Shown one piece after another: positions 32,926 through 40,554 of a DNA stretch of 48,878 nucleotides. Position 1 is the first letter of the stretch. The number at the start of each line of letters is the position of its first letter. Made by a program: the position numbers and the translations under genes. This DNA is from Acidimicrobiales bacterium (GTDB lineage Bacteria > Actinomycetota > Acidimicrobiia > Acidimicrobiales > Ilumatobacteraceae), in NCBI GenBank assembly GCA_044871175.1, contig JBIOZN010000056.1, forward strand, positions 1 through 48,878. The letters run 5' to 3'. The notes under the pieces are model-generated. The model did not search any database. It had not been told where the DNA came from and saw nothing but the letters and a program-made list of their open reading frames with translations.

Positions 32926-33326
32926 GCGATTGCCTCCATCATCCAGTCGTTGTTGGGCACGGCCGGCAGGTTGGCGTACCGCTCCGGGTGGGCCGGCGTG
33001 TACACCCAGGCCAGGTGGTCATCCCCCCAAGCATCGGTGACGCGGGCGGCGACGCGACAGTAGAAGTGGGGCACGCCTTCCAACCGGTCCATGAGCGGCA
33101 GGCCGACCAGTTCGGCGGCCGCGTCGTCCCAGCGGATCAGGTCGACCACGGTCAGGGCGCCCGGCTCGGGAAGGGCGAACGGGAAGGCGCGGCCGTGGCC
33201 GACGAGACGGAAGCCGTGGAGAACGCCGGGCTCGGCCCGGGCCAGCCCGGACCACAGGCGGGCGTTGCCTCCGCCCTCCCGCAGGGTGCCGTACACGGCG
33301 ACGGGCCGGATCGTGTCGCAGCTCAT
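32922..33326 (-). CDS. gamma-glutamylcyclotransferase (GGCT/AIG2-like) family protein
   Basis: VAVYGTLREGGGNARLW… N-terminal YGTLxxG motif. 134 aa, typical size. Confidence 0.65.
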   Translation of the reverse strand: MSCDTIRPVAVYGTLREGGGNARLWSGLARAEPGVLHGFRLVGHGRAFPFALPEPGALTVVDLIRWDDAAAELVGLPLMDRLEGVPHFYCRVAARVTDAWGDDHLAWVYTPAHPERYANLPAVPNNDWMMEAIA

Positions 33327-33526
33327 CGGGCCGTCACCCCGTAGGACTCGGCGATCTCAGCGACCGGGGTGGACGCGGCGAAGCGTTGGGGTGGCTGGGC
33401 GATGCCCCGCTCCACCGTCCACGCCCACAGACAGCCGCGCGCCCGGCGCACGGTGAGCGTGCGCCGGGGACTGGTGACGATGGTGACGTAGCCGTCCTCG
33501 TCCAGGGCGGCCTGGTACTCACTCAT
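33323..33526 (-). CDS. hypothetical protein
   Basis: ORF-track ORF. ATGA overlaps at both ends. Confidence 0.65.
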   Translation of the reverse strand: MSEYQAALDEDGYVTIVTSPRRTLTVRRARGCLWAWTVERGIAQPPQRFAASTPVAEIAESYGVTAR

Positions 33527-33720
33527 CGGGCTGTCCGGCGGCGGGTGAGGTGGGCGGTGAGGGGGTCGGCCAGCACGGCGTCGCGCTGGGCGTCGGTCAG
33601 CCGGTCGTGGCGGATGATGACGGAGCCGCAGCGGGTGATGACGAGGTGCCGGCCGGACTGGCGGTCGGTGCCGGTGTGGAGCACGGCCACCGGGGGCGTC
33701 GGGGTAGGGGTGGGGTTCAC
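33523..33720 (-). CDS. hypothetical protein, apparently leaderless
   Basis: GTG 33720 lies 8 nt downstream of the promoter B -10. CCCCTACCC sits in codons 4-6. Confidence 0.6.
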   Translation of the reverse strand: MNPTPTPTPPVAVLHTGTDRQSGRHLVITRCGSVIIRHDRLTDAQRDAVLADPLTAHLTRRRTAR

Positions 33721-33728
33721 GACTAGCC

Positions 33729-33758
33729 AGTCTAGTACCCCGTAGCGCCCAGACGCAA
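33729..33758 (-). promoter_or_regulatory. conserved sigma70-type promoter, copy B (TTGCGT-N18-TAGACT)
   Basis: Minus strand: GTTGCGTCTGGGCGCTACGGGGTACTAGACTGGCTAGTC-GTG. Confidence 0.65.
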
Positions 33759-33765
33759 CCAGTGG

Positions 33766-34059
33766 TCAGGCGATGCGTTCCACCGCCACCGTGAACGCCG
33801 TCAGCGGCCGGTTCGGTTGGCCGTCAGCGCGCAGCGGCCGCACGGTGCTCTGCGTCTGCCAGGCCGTGAACGCCTCGCCCGCCGACGGGAACGTCAACGC
33901 CTCGGCGGCGTGCGAGGTGAGCATGGCGTCGCCACGCCCGTCGAAGGCGTCCACGTCGAACCACTTCACCCACTGGCCTGCCACCTCGGCGCCGCGTGCG
34001 GGGTTGCTCGCGACGCCGACGACCTGCAAGCCCCAGGCGCCCCGGGGCCGGCGGCTCAC
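33766..34059 (-). CDS. hypothetical protein
   Basis: GTG 34059 in a GTGA overlap with the DUF932-like stop. Ordinary composition. Confidence 0.65.
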   Translation of the reverse strand: MSRRPRGAWGLQVVGVASNPARGAEVAGQWVKWFDVDAFDGRGDAMLTSHAAEALTFPSAGEAFTAWQTQSTVRPLRADGQPNRPLTAFTVAVERIA

Positions 34060-35186
34060 GCCGCCACCGCCAGTTGGGCCGCCCGGAGCGCGCCCGCCTC
34101 CAACTCCAGCGCCGTGTCACCGTCGTCCACGTCCTGGGAGACGTAGGTGACCGCCTGGGCGACCCCCAGGGCCGACGTGTCACCGCCAGCGACGAAGGCG
34201 TTGAGGATGGCGTCGGCCTGCGCCGCCGAGTAGCCCATGCCCCGGGCCACCACCTGCAAAGCGGTGGCGGGCTCGGTCAGCTGGTGGCCGGCCAGGGTCC
34301 GCAGCCGGTTGATGGCGGTGTTCAGGTAGGCGGGCGACAGGAAGCTCGCCACCGCGTCACGGGTGCGGGCCTTCACCAGTTCCAGGTTGCGTTGGTGGGT
34401 GTCGTCGGACCACTGCACGACGCCCTCCTCCAGCACCCCGCCGAGGTGGACAGCCTTCTGGGCGTCCATGGTCTGGGTCATGCCGTTGGTGCAGACCTGC
34501 ACCACGATCCGGGGCACGATGCGGAACGCACCCTCACCCACCTCGCTGTTGGTGATGACCAGGCCGGCGTGGATGATCGGGTGGTCGCGGCCGGTGCGGC
34601 CGGAGCGGGGATCGCGGTACCGATCGAGCAGGTCGGGGGCGGCCGCTGTCACCTCCGGGGCGGTCACCCGCACGATCATGCGCCGCTCGGTCAGGTCGGC
34701 CCCGGTGACGGTGGCGGTGACGCCGGCAGCGTTGATGCCGTCCAGGGCGGCCAGGAGGATGTCGAGGTCGTCCATAGGCCGGTAGCGGTCCGACAGGATC
34801 GCCCGACAGAGGGGGGTGGAGCCTTCGCCGCCCCGCAGGGTGCGGACGTAGTGGGCCCGGTTGTCCTTCGCCAGCCAGTAGTTGGCGTTGGTGGCGAGCA
34901 GGTCGGGGGCGGTCTCCCGCATGCGCCGCCAGTAGGCGGTGGGCACGCCCAGCTTCTCGATGAGGTGGCCGTGAGCGACGTTGGTGAGGTCGTGGGCGAC
35001 GAGGGTGTCGGTGGTGGTGACGCCTTCCAGGCTCATCTCGTGGGCCTGTTCGGTGACGACGAGGTGGCCGGTGGCGCTCATGCGAAGCGCGCTGCTCGGG
35101 GCGACGAGGTCGTGGCGCTGGACCGAGCGGTCTTGCAGGGCTTTGACGATGACGTTGAGGTCGCCATCGCGGATCGGGTCGAACAT
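34056..35186 (-). CDS. DUF932-like phage/plasmid protein
   Basis: Trimmed from ORF 34056..35315 to ATG 35186 (CCCCTACCCaccAGGAGacacacaccc upstream). The overall pattern (…AILSDRYRPMDDLDIL…VITNSEVGEGAF…) resembles DUF932. Confidence 0.6.
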   Translation of the reverse strand: MFDPIRDGDLNVIVKALQDRSVQRHDLVAPSSALRMSATGHLVVTEQAHEMSLEGVTTTDTLVAHDLTNVAHGHLIEKLGVPTAYWRRMRETAPDLLATNANYWLAKDNRAHYVRTLRGGEGSTPLCRAILSDRYRPMDDLDILLAALDGINAAGVTATVTGADLTERRMIVRVTAPEVTAAAPDLLDRYRDPRSGRTGRDHPIIHAGLVITNSEVGEGAFRIVPRIVVQVCTNGMTQTMDAQKAVHLGGVLEEGVVQWSDDTHQRNLELVKARTRDAVASFLSPAYLNTAINRLRTLAGHQLTEPATALQVVARGMGYSAAQADAILNAFVAGGDTSALGVAQAVTYVSQDVDDGDTALELEAGALRAAQLAVAA

Positions 35187-35244
35187 GGGTGTGTGTCTCC
35201 TGGTGGGTAGGGGTTGATCTAGGAAGCCTAGCGCAGCGGGGGGC

Positions 35245-35970
35245 TCAGGCGCCCACGCTGAACAGGCGGGGCTCGTCCACCGGCACCCGCCGACGGACGA
35301 CCTCTTTGCCGTCACGCACCGCCAGGTACGTGCCGACGGGAACGTTGATGACCACGTCGGGCGACACTCGGGCGGCGACGCTCATGCGGGCCAGGCACTC
35401 CAGGGTGGAGGCGTAGACCCGGCTGCCGTCAGGCCAGTGGGCCTCCAGCAGCGGCCGGCCGGACAGGCGGGCGACGTGCAACGTGGGGTCCTCGGGGTGG
35501 AGCCAGGCCAGGGCGGCGGAACCCTCGATGGCGGCCAGCCGGGGCACGATCTCGCTCGGCTTGGCGTCGGCCAGGGCGGCGGCGACGGCGTCAGTGTCCA
35601 CCTCGGCCAGGGCGGTCGCTCCCGCCATGGCGTACAGCAACTCGGGGTTGGCGACGGTGCCGTTGTGGATGAGGACGATGCCGGGCCGCACGACGGGGTG
35701 GTTGTTCCGGTTGTCGCGGGGGCTGCCGGTGGTGGCGTAGCGGACGTGGCCGAGCACGTTGCCGGCGTCCCGGGACAGGCGCAGGGTGGGCGCCCACACG
35801 TCGGCCGGTTGGCCGGCCTTGGCGTACCAGACGGACTGGTCGGCCCGCTGCCAGGCGGCGCCGGTGGCGTGGTGACCGCGGGGAAGCAGGGCCTTGAGCC
35901 CGGCTCGGGTCATGCGCCCCAGGTGCAGGGTGGAGCCGGGGGCGGGGGCGATAGCGAAGATGCCGCACAT
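35245..35970 (-). CDS. class-II (Ntn) glutamine amidotransferase
   Basis: Trimmed from ORF 35245..36648 to ATG 35970. N-terminal MCGIFAI (catalytic Cys2), GHVRYATTGS, NNHPV, LIHNGTVANPELL. Confidence 0.8.
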   Translation of the reverse strand: MCGIFAIAPAPGSTLHLGRMTRAGLKALLPRGHHATGAAWQRADQSVWYAKAGQPADVWAPTLRLSRDAGNVLGHVRYATTGSPRDNRNNHPVVRPGIVLIHNGTVANPELLYAMAGATALAEVDTDAVAAALADAKPSEIVPRLAAIEGSAALAWLHPEDPTLHVARLSGRPLLEAHWPDGSRVYASTLECLARMSVAARVSPDVVINVPVGTYLAVRDGKEVVRRRVPVDEPRLFSVGA

Positions 35971-36004
35971 GGGTGCTCTTTCGGGTAGGGGTGAGGCGTT
36001 AGTC

Positions 36005-36033
36005 AGTCTAGCGGGCGTAGCGCCCCGCCGCAA
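36005..36033 (-). promoter_or_regulatory. conserved sigma70-type promoter, copy C (TTGCGG-N17-TAGACT)
   Basis: Minus strand: GTTGCGGCGGGGCGCTACGCCCGCTAGACTGACTAA. Its -35 overlaps the hairpin at 36021-36048. Confidence 0.65.
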
Positions 36034-36048
36034 CGTGGCGGCGGGGCG
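36021..36048 (-). terminator. 11-bp GC hairpin after the amidoligase gene, overlapping the promoter C -35
   Basis: CGCCCCGCCGC (36021-36031) pairs with GCGGCGGGGCG (36038-36048). The loop is 6 nt. Confidence 0.45.
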
Positions 36049-36053
36049 GAAGC

Positions 36054-37109
36054 TCAGTTGGAGCGGGCGACCCGGGCCCGCAGGGCCGTCACCGTGGCGG
36101 CCGGCAGGCTCAGGCTCTCGATCAGCCGGTCCACCGACCGGGTGCGGGCCGGCGGGGCCACCAGGGTGCCGGCGGCCGCGGCGGCCACCGCCGCCGCCAG
36201 CAGCCGCACCCACGTCCGCATCTCGGCGGAGCGCACCGTCCCGTGATGCTGCCTGAACTCCAGGCTGCCCCGGGTGAGCAGGTGGGCCGGGTTGATCGAC
36301 CGGTAGCGGTCCACGGCCGGGCGGAAGCCGATGCGCTTCGCCGCCTTGATGTTGTCGACCTCGGAGGCGCTGAGGCTCTGGCACCAGCGGCTCCGGGAGC
36401 GGCCCGCCCGGAACAGCCGGTTGATGGCCGACTGGCCGTGCGTGTACCAGTCGATCAGCGTGTCCAGCTGGTCGGCGTTCAGCATGCTCACGTCGACGTG
36501 GACGTGCATCCCGGTGCGGCCCGTGCCCTGGGCGCCCGCCGCCCGCAGGCTGTCCATGACCGTGACGGCCTCGGCCAGCCCGGCCTCGCCGGCCAGGATG
36601 GGGCTGACCACCTCGGCGTCCACGGTGCTGTCGCGCTCGGCGCTCCACTCGCGGTAGCCGGCCGCCTGAGCGGCGTGCCAGCCACCCGCCCGCACCGTCC
36701 GGCCCAGCGCCGTCTGCGTGGCGGCGGCGGCGGTGGTGATGCTGATGCCGTCCACCTCGATCTCGACGCCGAACCGGAACCAGTCGGCGATGAGCACCTC
36801 GACCGGGGTGGCGGCCGACTCGACCGGGGCGACCGGCTCGCCGGCCTGGGCCGGGCGGGGCAGGTGCGCCACCAGCGGGTGCTCCCAGTAGGTGCGGGCG
36901 TCGCGGGCCGCCTCACGGGCCGACCGGCGGTCGATGTTGGGGGCCTGGCCGGCCAGCCGGGCGCCGACGATGTGGGCGTCCCAGGCGGCGGCGAAGGTGG
37001 CGAGCCCGGCCAGTTCCTGGGTCCGGCGCCAGCTGGTGCCGATCTGGCGAAGCTCGAAGACCTGGGCGGCCTGCTCTGCGGTGAACCGGCTGCTGGTGGT
37101 GCGGGGCAT
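36054..37109 (-). CDS. amidoligase (COOH-NH2 ligase, Amidoligase_2 family)
   Basis: Trimmed to ATG 37109 (AGGAGcgcttcg upstream). FGVEIEV…WSAERDSTVDAEVVSPILAGEAGL…GRTGMHVHVD…SLEFRQHHGT matches the family pattern closely. Confidence 0.75.
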   Translation of the reverse strand: MPRTTSSRFTAEQAAQVFELRQIGTSWRRTQELAGLATFAAAWDAHIVGARLAGQAPNIDRRSAREAARDARTYWEHPLVAHLPRPAQAGEPVAPVESAATPVEVLIADWFRFGVEIEVDGISITTAAAATQTALGRTVRAGGWHAAQAAGYREWSAERDSTVDAEVVSPILAGEAGLAEAVTVMDSLRAAGAQGTGRTGMHVHVDVSMLNADQLDTLIDWYTHGQSAINRLFRAGRSRSRWCQSLSASEVDNIKAAKRIGFRPAVDRYRSINPAHLLTRGSLEFRQHHGTVRSAEMRTWVRLLAAAVAAAAAGTLVAPPARTRSVDRLIESLSLPAATVTALRARVARSN

Positions 37110-37141
37110 CGAAGCGCTCCTGGGTAGGGGGGGCACTAGTC

Positions 37142-37170
37142 ATACTAGTTGACGTAGCGCCCGGGCGCAA
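37142..37170 (-). promoter_or_regulatory. conserved sigma70-type promoter, copy D (TTGCGC-N17-TAGTAT)
   Basis: Minus strand: GTTGCGCCCGGGCGCTACGTCAACTAGTATGACTAGTG. Also shares about 25 bp upstream of the -35 with copy A (…GAAAGAGCCAC…). Confidence 0.65.
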
Positions 37171-37219
37171 CCCCACCCATGTGGCTCTTTCGGGAAAGAC
37201 TCGGGAACGGCCGAACGGC

Positions 37220-38287
37220 CTACGCGGCCAGCGCCGCCAGGCGGGCCCGCACCGCCAGGTCCACCACCACGTCCACCACCAAATGCACCCGGTCCACCGT
37301 CGTTGGGTTGTCGACAGCGTGCGGCTTGCGGGCGTCCAGGTAGTAGCAGTGGCCGGCCTGGAGGTGGCGCACCGTCTCCTCACCCTCCAACGACCAGGCC
37401 CGCATCACAATGCGCGGGTCGGTCACCAGTGGCACGTGGAACCGGGCGATCTGCCCAACACGAGTGCCGGCGGCCCGGTCGGTGATGTCGGTGTGCCGGC
37501 CCAGATGGCCGTCACCAGTGCCGGCCATGCGCAGCAGCCGCACCCGCTCAGTCCGCGACCACCACGGCACCGCCTCCACTGCCGCGCGCACGGCCGGGCA
37601 CCGCTCCGCCAGCACCGTCCAGTCGCACACGTACCGCAACGACTCAGGATGCTCGGCCTGCCAGGAGCGGGGCATCTCCGACGGCTTGACCCCCCAGCGG
37701 GGATCGTCAGGCCGGAAGCCGCGCAGGCTCACCGCGCTCCACGACCCGTCGCTGTAGAACGGGAAGTCGTCGTGCCAGGCGTCCACCGCCGCCACCTCGG
37801 CCAGCAACGGTCCCAGGTCGAAGGTTTCCGGTAGCTCGGCCAGAGTCACCCGGTCGGCCGGCCCCACCGGCACACCCGACCCGTAGCCCCAACCGGTGAT
37901 CAGCTCGCCGGCTGCTGTCACCCGGTGCAGGTCGGGGGTGCGGCCCTGCGCGGCCAGCCCGTCGGCCAGTCCCCGGTCCTCCCGGTAGGCGTACACGACG
38001 TCGTACCCGGCGAAGCTCGGGATCGGGCCGGCCGGCGTGCGGGCCACGTGGGTCACCTGCCGGGTGCCCGCCGGGAACACGACGGTGGCGCCAGTGAAGT
38101 CGGCCCGTCTCGACGGTCTCCGCAGCACGCTCGTCACCGCCACCGTTCGTTCGGGGCCGGCGGTCCATTCGCGCAGGCCCACCCGCCCGGAGCGCAACTC
38201 GTTGGCGCTGGGGGTGGCGAACGCGCCCGCGCCGAAGCCTTTGGCGTAGCCGGCCAGGAGCCGGGCGGCGGCCGCCACGTCAGTCAT
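37220..38287 (-). CDS. two-domain protein with C-terminal aspartyl/asparaginyl beta-hydroxylase-like 2OG-Fe(II) cupin
   Basis: HLGRHTDITD…RFHVPLVTDP…GHCYYLDARKPHAVDNPTTVDRVHLVVD fits the Asp/Asn-hydroxylase family pattern. The N-terminal ~200 aa are not recognised. Confidence 0.6.
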   Translation of the reverse strand: MTDVAAAARLLAGYAKGFGAGAFATPSANELRSGRVGLREWTAGPERTVAVTSVLRRPSRRADFTGATVVFPAGTRQVTHVARTPAGPIPSFAGYDVVYAYREDRGLADGLAAQGRTPDLHRVTAAGELITGWGYGSGVPVGPADRVTLAELPETFDLGPLLAEVAAVDAWHDDFPFYSDGSWSAVSLRGFRPDDPRWGVKPSEMPRSWQAEHPESLRYVCDWTVLAERCPAVRAAVEAVPWWSRTERVRLLRMAGTGDGHLGRHTDITDRAAGTRVGQIARFHVPLVTDPRIVMRAWSLEGEETVRHLQAGHCYYLDARKPHAVDNPTTVDRVHLVVDVVVDLAVRARLAALAA

Positions 38288-38435
38288 GGCGCTCCGCCTC
38301 GACCTTCCGTTGCAACTCCTCGCCCCACGCGATCAGGTCGATGATGTCCTGGTTGCGGTAGACGGCCTCCCCGCCGAAGGCGGCACCCAGCGACTGTGCC
38401 CGTCGCTTCAGCTGATCCCGCTGTTCAGGCGTCAC
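38280..38435 (-). CDS. hypothetical small protein
   Basis: Trimmed to GTG 38435 (GTGA overlap). VTPEQRDQLKRRAQSLGAAFGG…. Confidence 0.5.
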   Translation of the reverse strand: MTPEQRDQLKRRAQSLGAAFGGEAVYRNQDIIDLIAWGEELQRKVEAERHD

Positions 38436-38551
38436 GGCCGCACCTCGCGGCGCTCGCACCACCAGCACACTTCATCCCGGCCCCGCTCCTCGAACGAGCC
38501 CGTGCGCCAGATCGCCCCGCAGCGCGGGCACCGGACCGGGTGCTCGTTCAC
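38432..38551 (-). CDS. 39-aa zinc-ribbon micro-protein
   Basis: GTG 38551 in a GTGA overlap with the upstream stop. CPRCG…CWWC. Confidence 0.45.
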   Translation of the reverse strand: MNEHPVRCPRCGAIWRTGSFEERGRDEVCWWCERREVRP

Positions 38552-39432
38552 GGCCACGCCACGATCCTGCCTGAGTCCCGGTACCAACGCAGCCTGGACT
38601 TGTCGATGCCGGCGGCGATGCCCACCCACGGGTCGGGGATGGTGTTCTCCCACGCCCACTGGAGGATCGCCCGGTCTTGGGCGGGGGCGGCCTGGATCTC
38701 CGCTCTGAGGGCGGCGAGGTGGCGGCCCGGGTAGTAGCGGCCGTCCCGCATCACGTTGAAGTCGCAGATGACCGTCTCAAAGTCCACCCAGGCCAGGGGC
38801 ACGCCTGCGGCCGCCAGGTGGTCGCGGCACTCGGCGGCGATCGCGTCGAGCCGGGCCGGGGACGGGTTGGGTTCGTCCCAGATGCGTTCCAAGGCGCGCC
38901 GGGGCCCGGACGACTCCCACAAGCAGGCGTCGGGCGCGCTCACCGGCACCCCGTTGACCTTCATGGCGAACTCGGCCCACTCGAAGGCAGTCTGCCGTCC
39001 CACGCCCCACACCGTCCGCAGATGCACCAGGAGCTGCCCCCAGTCGGCCTCCGGGTGGTCGCCGGCCAGACAGGACCGCAGCCAGGCGTCCGGGTCGGGC
39101 AGGGCCCGGCGGGCGTAGTCGTTGAGATGGACGACGACCTTGCCGCCCCGCAGGTTGCGGCGCTCCTGGGTGCAGGGGAAGCGGGCGATGTCATCCCGGT
39201 CGAATGCCTCCAACCATGCGCCCAGCGACGGCCACAACCGGAACGCGGCCCAGGCCGACCCGAAGTCGTCGAAGGCGTTGTACAGCTTCACCAGCCAGCC
39301 GGCCTCGGCGTCGGTGACCACGTCGAGCCCGCGCAGGGTGCGGAGCAGCGCCGCCCACGGCTCCAGGTCACCGGAGTCGGCCTCGATGCGGGCGAAGGTG
39401 ACGAGGTCGGCGAGGGTGGCCCGGTCGATCAT
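38548..39432 (-). CDS. HhH/DNA-glycosylase-fold protein, candidate alpha-glutamyl/putrescinyl-thymine pyrophosphorylase-like (aGPT-Pplase-like)
   Basis: Trimmed to ATG 39432 (ATGA overlap with the kinase stop). VWGVGRQTAFEWAEF is a GxGxxTA helix-hairpin-helix-like motif. The family call is from context and memory, not verified. Confidence 0.4.
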   Translation of the reverse strand: MIDRATLADLVTFARIEADSGDLEPWAALLRTLRGLDVVTDAEAGWLVKLYNAFDDFGSAWAAFRLWPSLGAWLEAFDRDDIARFPCTQERRNLRGGKVVVHLNDYARRALPDPDAWLRSCLAGDHPEADWGQLLVHLRTVWGVGRQTAFEWAEFAMKVNGVPVSAPDACLWESSGPRRALERIWDEPNPSPARLDAIAAECRDHLAAAGVPLAWVDFETVICDFNVMRDGRYYPGRHLAALRAEIQAAPAQDRAILQWAWENTIPDPWVGIAAGIDKSRLRWYRDSGRIVAWP

Positions 39433-39965
39433 CGCAGCACGATGTCCACGAGGGAGCGGGCCAGCGTGCACACCGGGCCGTCGCCGGGCACGTCCAGTCG
39501 GGGCCCGTCCCAGGCGGCGACCAGGTTGTTGACCTTGGTGCGCCGGCCCGCCAGCCAGGCCGGGTTCGGGGCCCAGCCGCGGCTGGCCCGCCGCTCGGCG
39601 GCGACAGCCGGGTCGAGCGTGACCTGGACCAGGAGCACGTCGTAGCCGACGGCCCGGGCGGCGTCGAAGAACTTCAGGTTGGCGAGCCGGTCACCTTCAC
39701 CGAGGACGAACCGGCCGGGGGCGTCAGCCAGCCAGGCGCGCGCCCGGGGCCCCACGCTCATGCTCAACGCGTCGGTGCCAGCGAACCGGGCCCGGCGCAC
39801 CCCCAGGTAGCAGCCGTCGACCACGCCGGTCACCCGGTCCACCAGTTCCACGTGAGCGAAGGGTTTGGCCCGGGGATGTTCATGCCAGTCACCCACCGCC
39901 AGCGCCGCGCCCAGCAGAGTTGTCTTGCCCGCGCCCGGTTCGCCCACCACGTACACCAGCAGCAC
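39429..39965 (-). CDS. small P-loop NTPase/kinase (candidate 5-hmdU DNA kinase-like)
   Basis: Walker A VVGEPGAGKTTLL at the N-terminus. 178 aa. Translationally coupled to the HhH-fold gene. Confidence 0.6.
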   Translation of the reverse strand: MLLVYVVGEPGAGKTTLLGAALAVGDWHEHPRAKPFAHVELVDRVTGVVDGCYLGVRRARFAGTDALSMSVGPRARAWLADAPGRFVLGEGDRLANLKFFDAARAVGYDVLLVQVTLDPAVAAERRASRGWAPNPAWLAGRRTKVNNLVAAWDGPRLDVPGDGPVCTLARSLVDIVLR

Positions 39966-39977
39966 CCATCGAGCGTG

Positions 39978-40214
39978 TCACCCGCAGCGGTGAGGCGTGT
40001 ACAAGGTCTGCCCGTTGTCCCGGCGGGCCTTGGCCTCGTCGGCGTCCAACGCCTCCGCCCACGGGGGCGGGCCCCGATGCACCACCACTCGCCCCGAGCC
40101 CGGGTTGGGGGCGGCGTCCAGGGCCATGATGCGTTCGTCGGGGCCCAACACCCGCCACACGTAGGCGCCGCACCGGGTGCAGCAGTCGCCGGTGGTGCGC
40201 CGACGGAAACTCAC
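39978..40214 (-). CDS. Cys-rich small protein, paralog of 40211..40459
   Basis: GTG 40214 (GTGA overlap). CCTRCGAYVW…ALDAAPN…TLYTPHRCG parallels its neighbour. Confidence 0.55.
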   Translation of the reverse strand: MSFRRRTTGDCCTRCGAYVWRVLGPDERIMALDAAPNPGSGRVVVHRGPPPWAEALDADEAKARRDNGQTLYTPHRCG

Positions 40215-40459
40215 CGCCGCTTCCGCTTCCGCCATTCGCCGGCCTGCGGGCAGGTGACGAAGTGCGACAGGTACAACGGGCCTTCCACCAGGCTCGCCTC
40301 CATCGGCCCCAGCACCCGCGACGTGAGCAGGGCGCCGTCAGCGGTCACCTCCACGTTGCCACCCTCGATCGGTAGCTCGTTGACGGGCAAGGCTTTGCCC
40401 GCCTCGGTCACCGTCCACACGACGGCCGCCTGGCAGGAGCCGCACCGGGCCCCTGTCAC
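40211..40459 (-). CDS. Cys-rich small protein (CxxC…C), paralog of 39978..40214
   Basis: GTG 40459 (GTGA overlap). CGSCQAAVVW…LPVNELPIEGGNVEV…LSHFVTCPQ. Confidence 0.55.
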   Translation of the reverse strand: MTGARCGSCQAAVVWTVTEAGKALPVNELPIEGGNVEVTADGALLTSRVLGPMEASLVEGPLYLSHFVTCPQAGEWRKRKRR

Positions 40460-40554
40460 TCCGGGCCCTCGGCCAGGAGGCGGCCCACGACCAGGCCGAC
40501 CACGACCGACATCACGCACCAGACGGCGATCACGTAGCACGCCGTCGCGATCAC
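40456..40554 (-). CDS. 32-aa transmembrane micro-protein
   Basis: VIATACYVIAVWCVMSVVVGLVVGRLLAEGPE. GTGA overlaps at both ends. Below the ORF-track cutoff. Confidence 0.4.
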   Translation of the reverse strand: MIATACYVIAVWCVMSVVVGLVVGRLLAEGPE

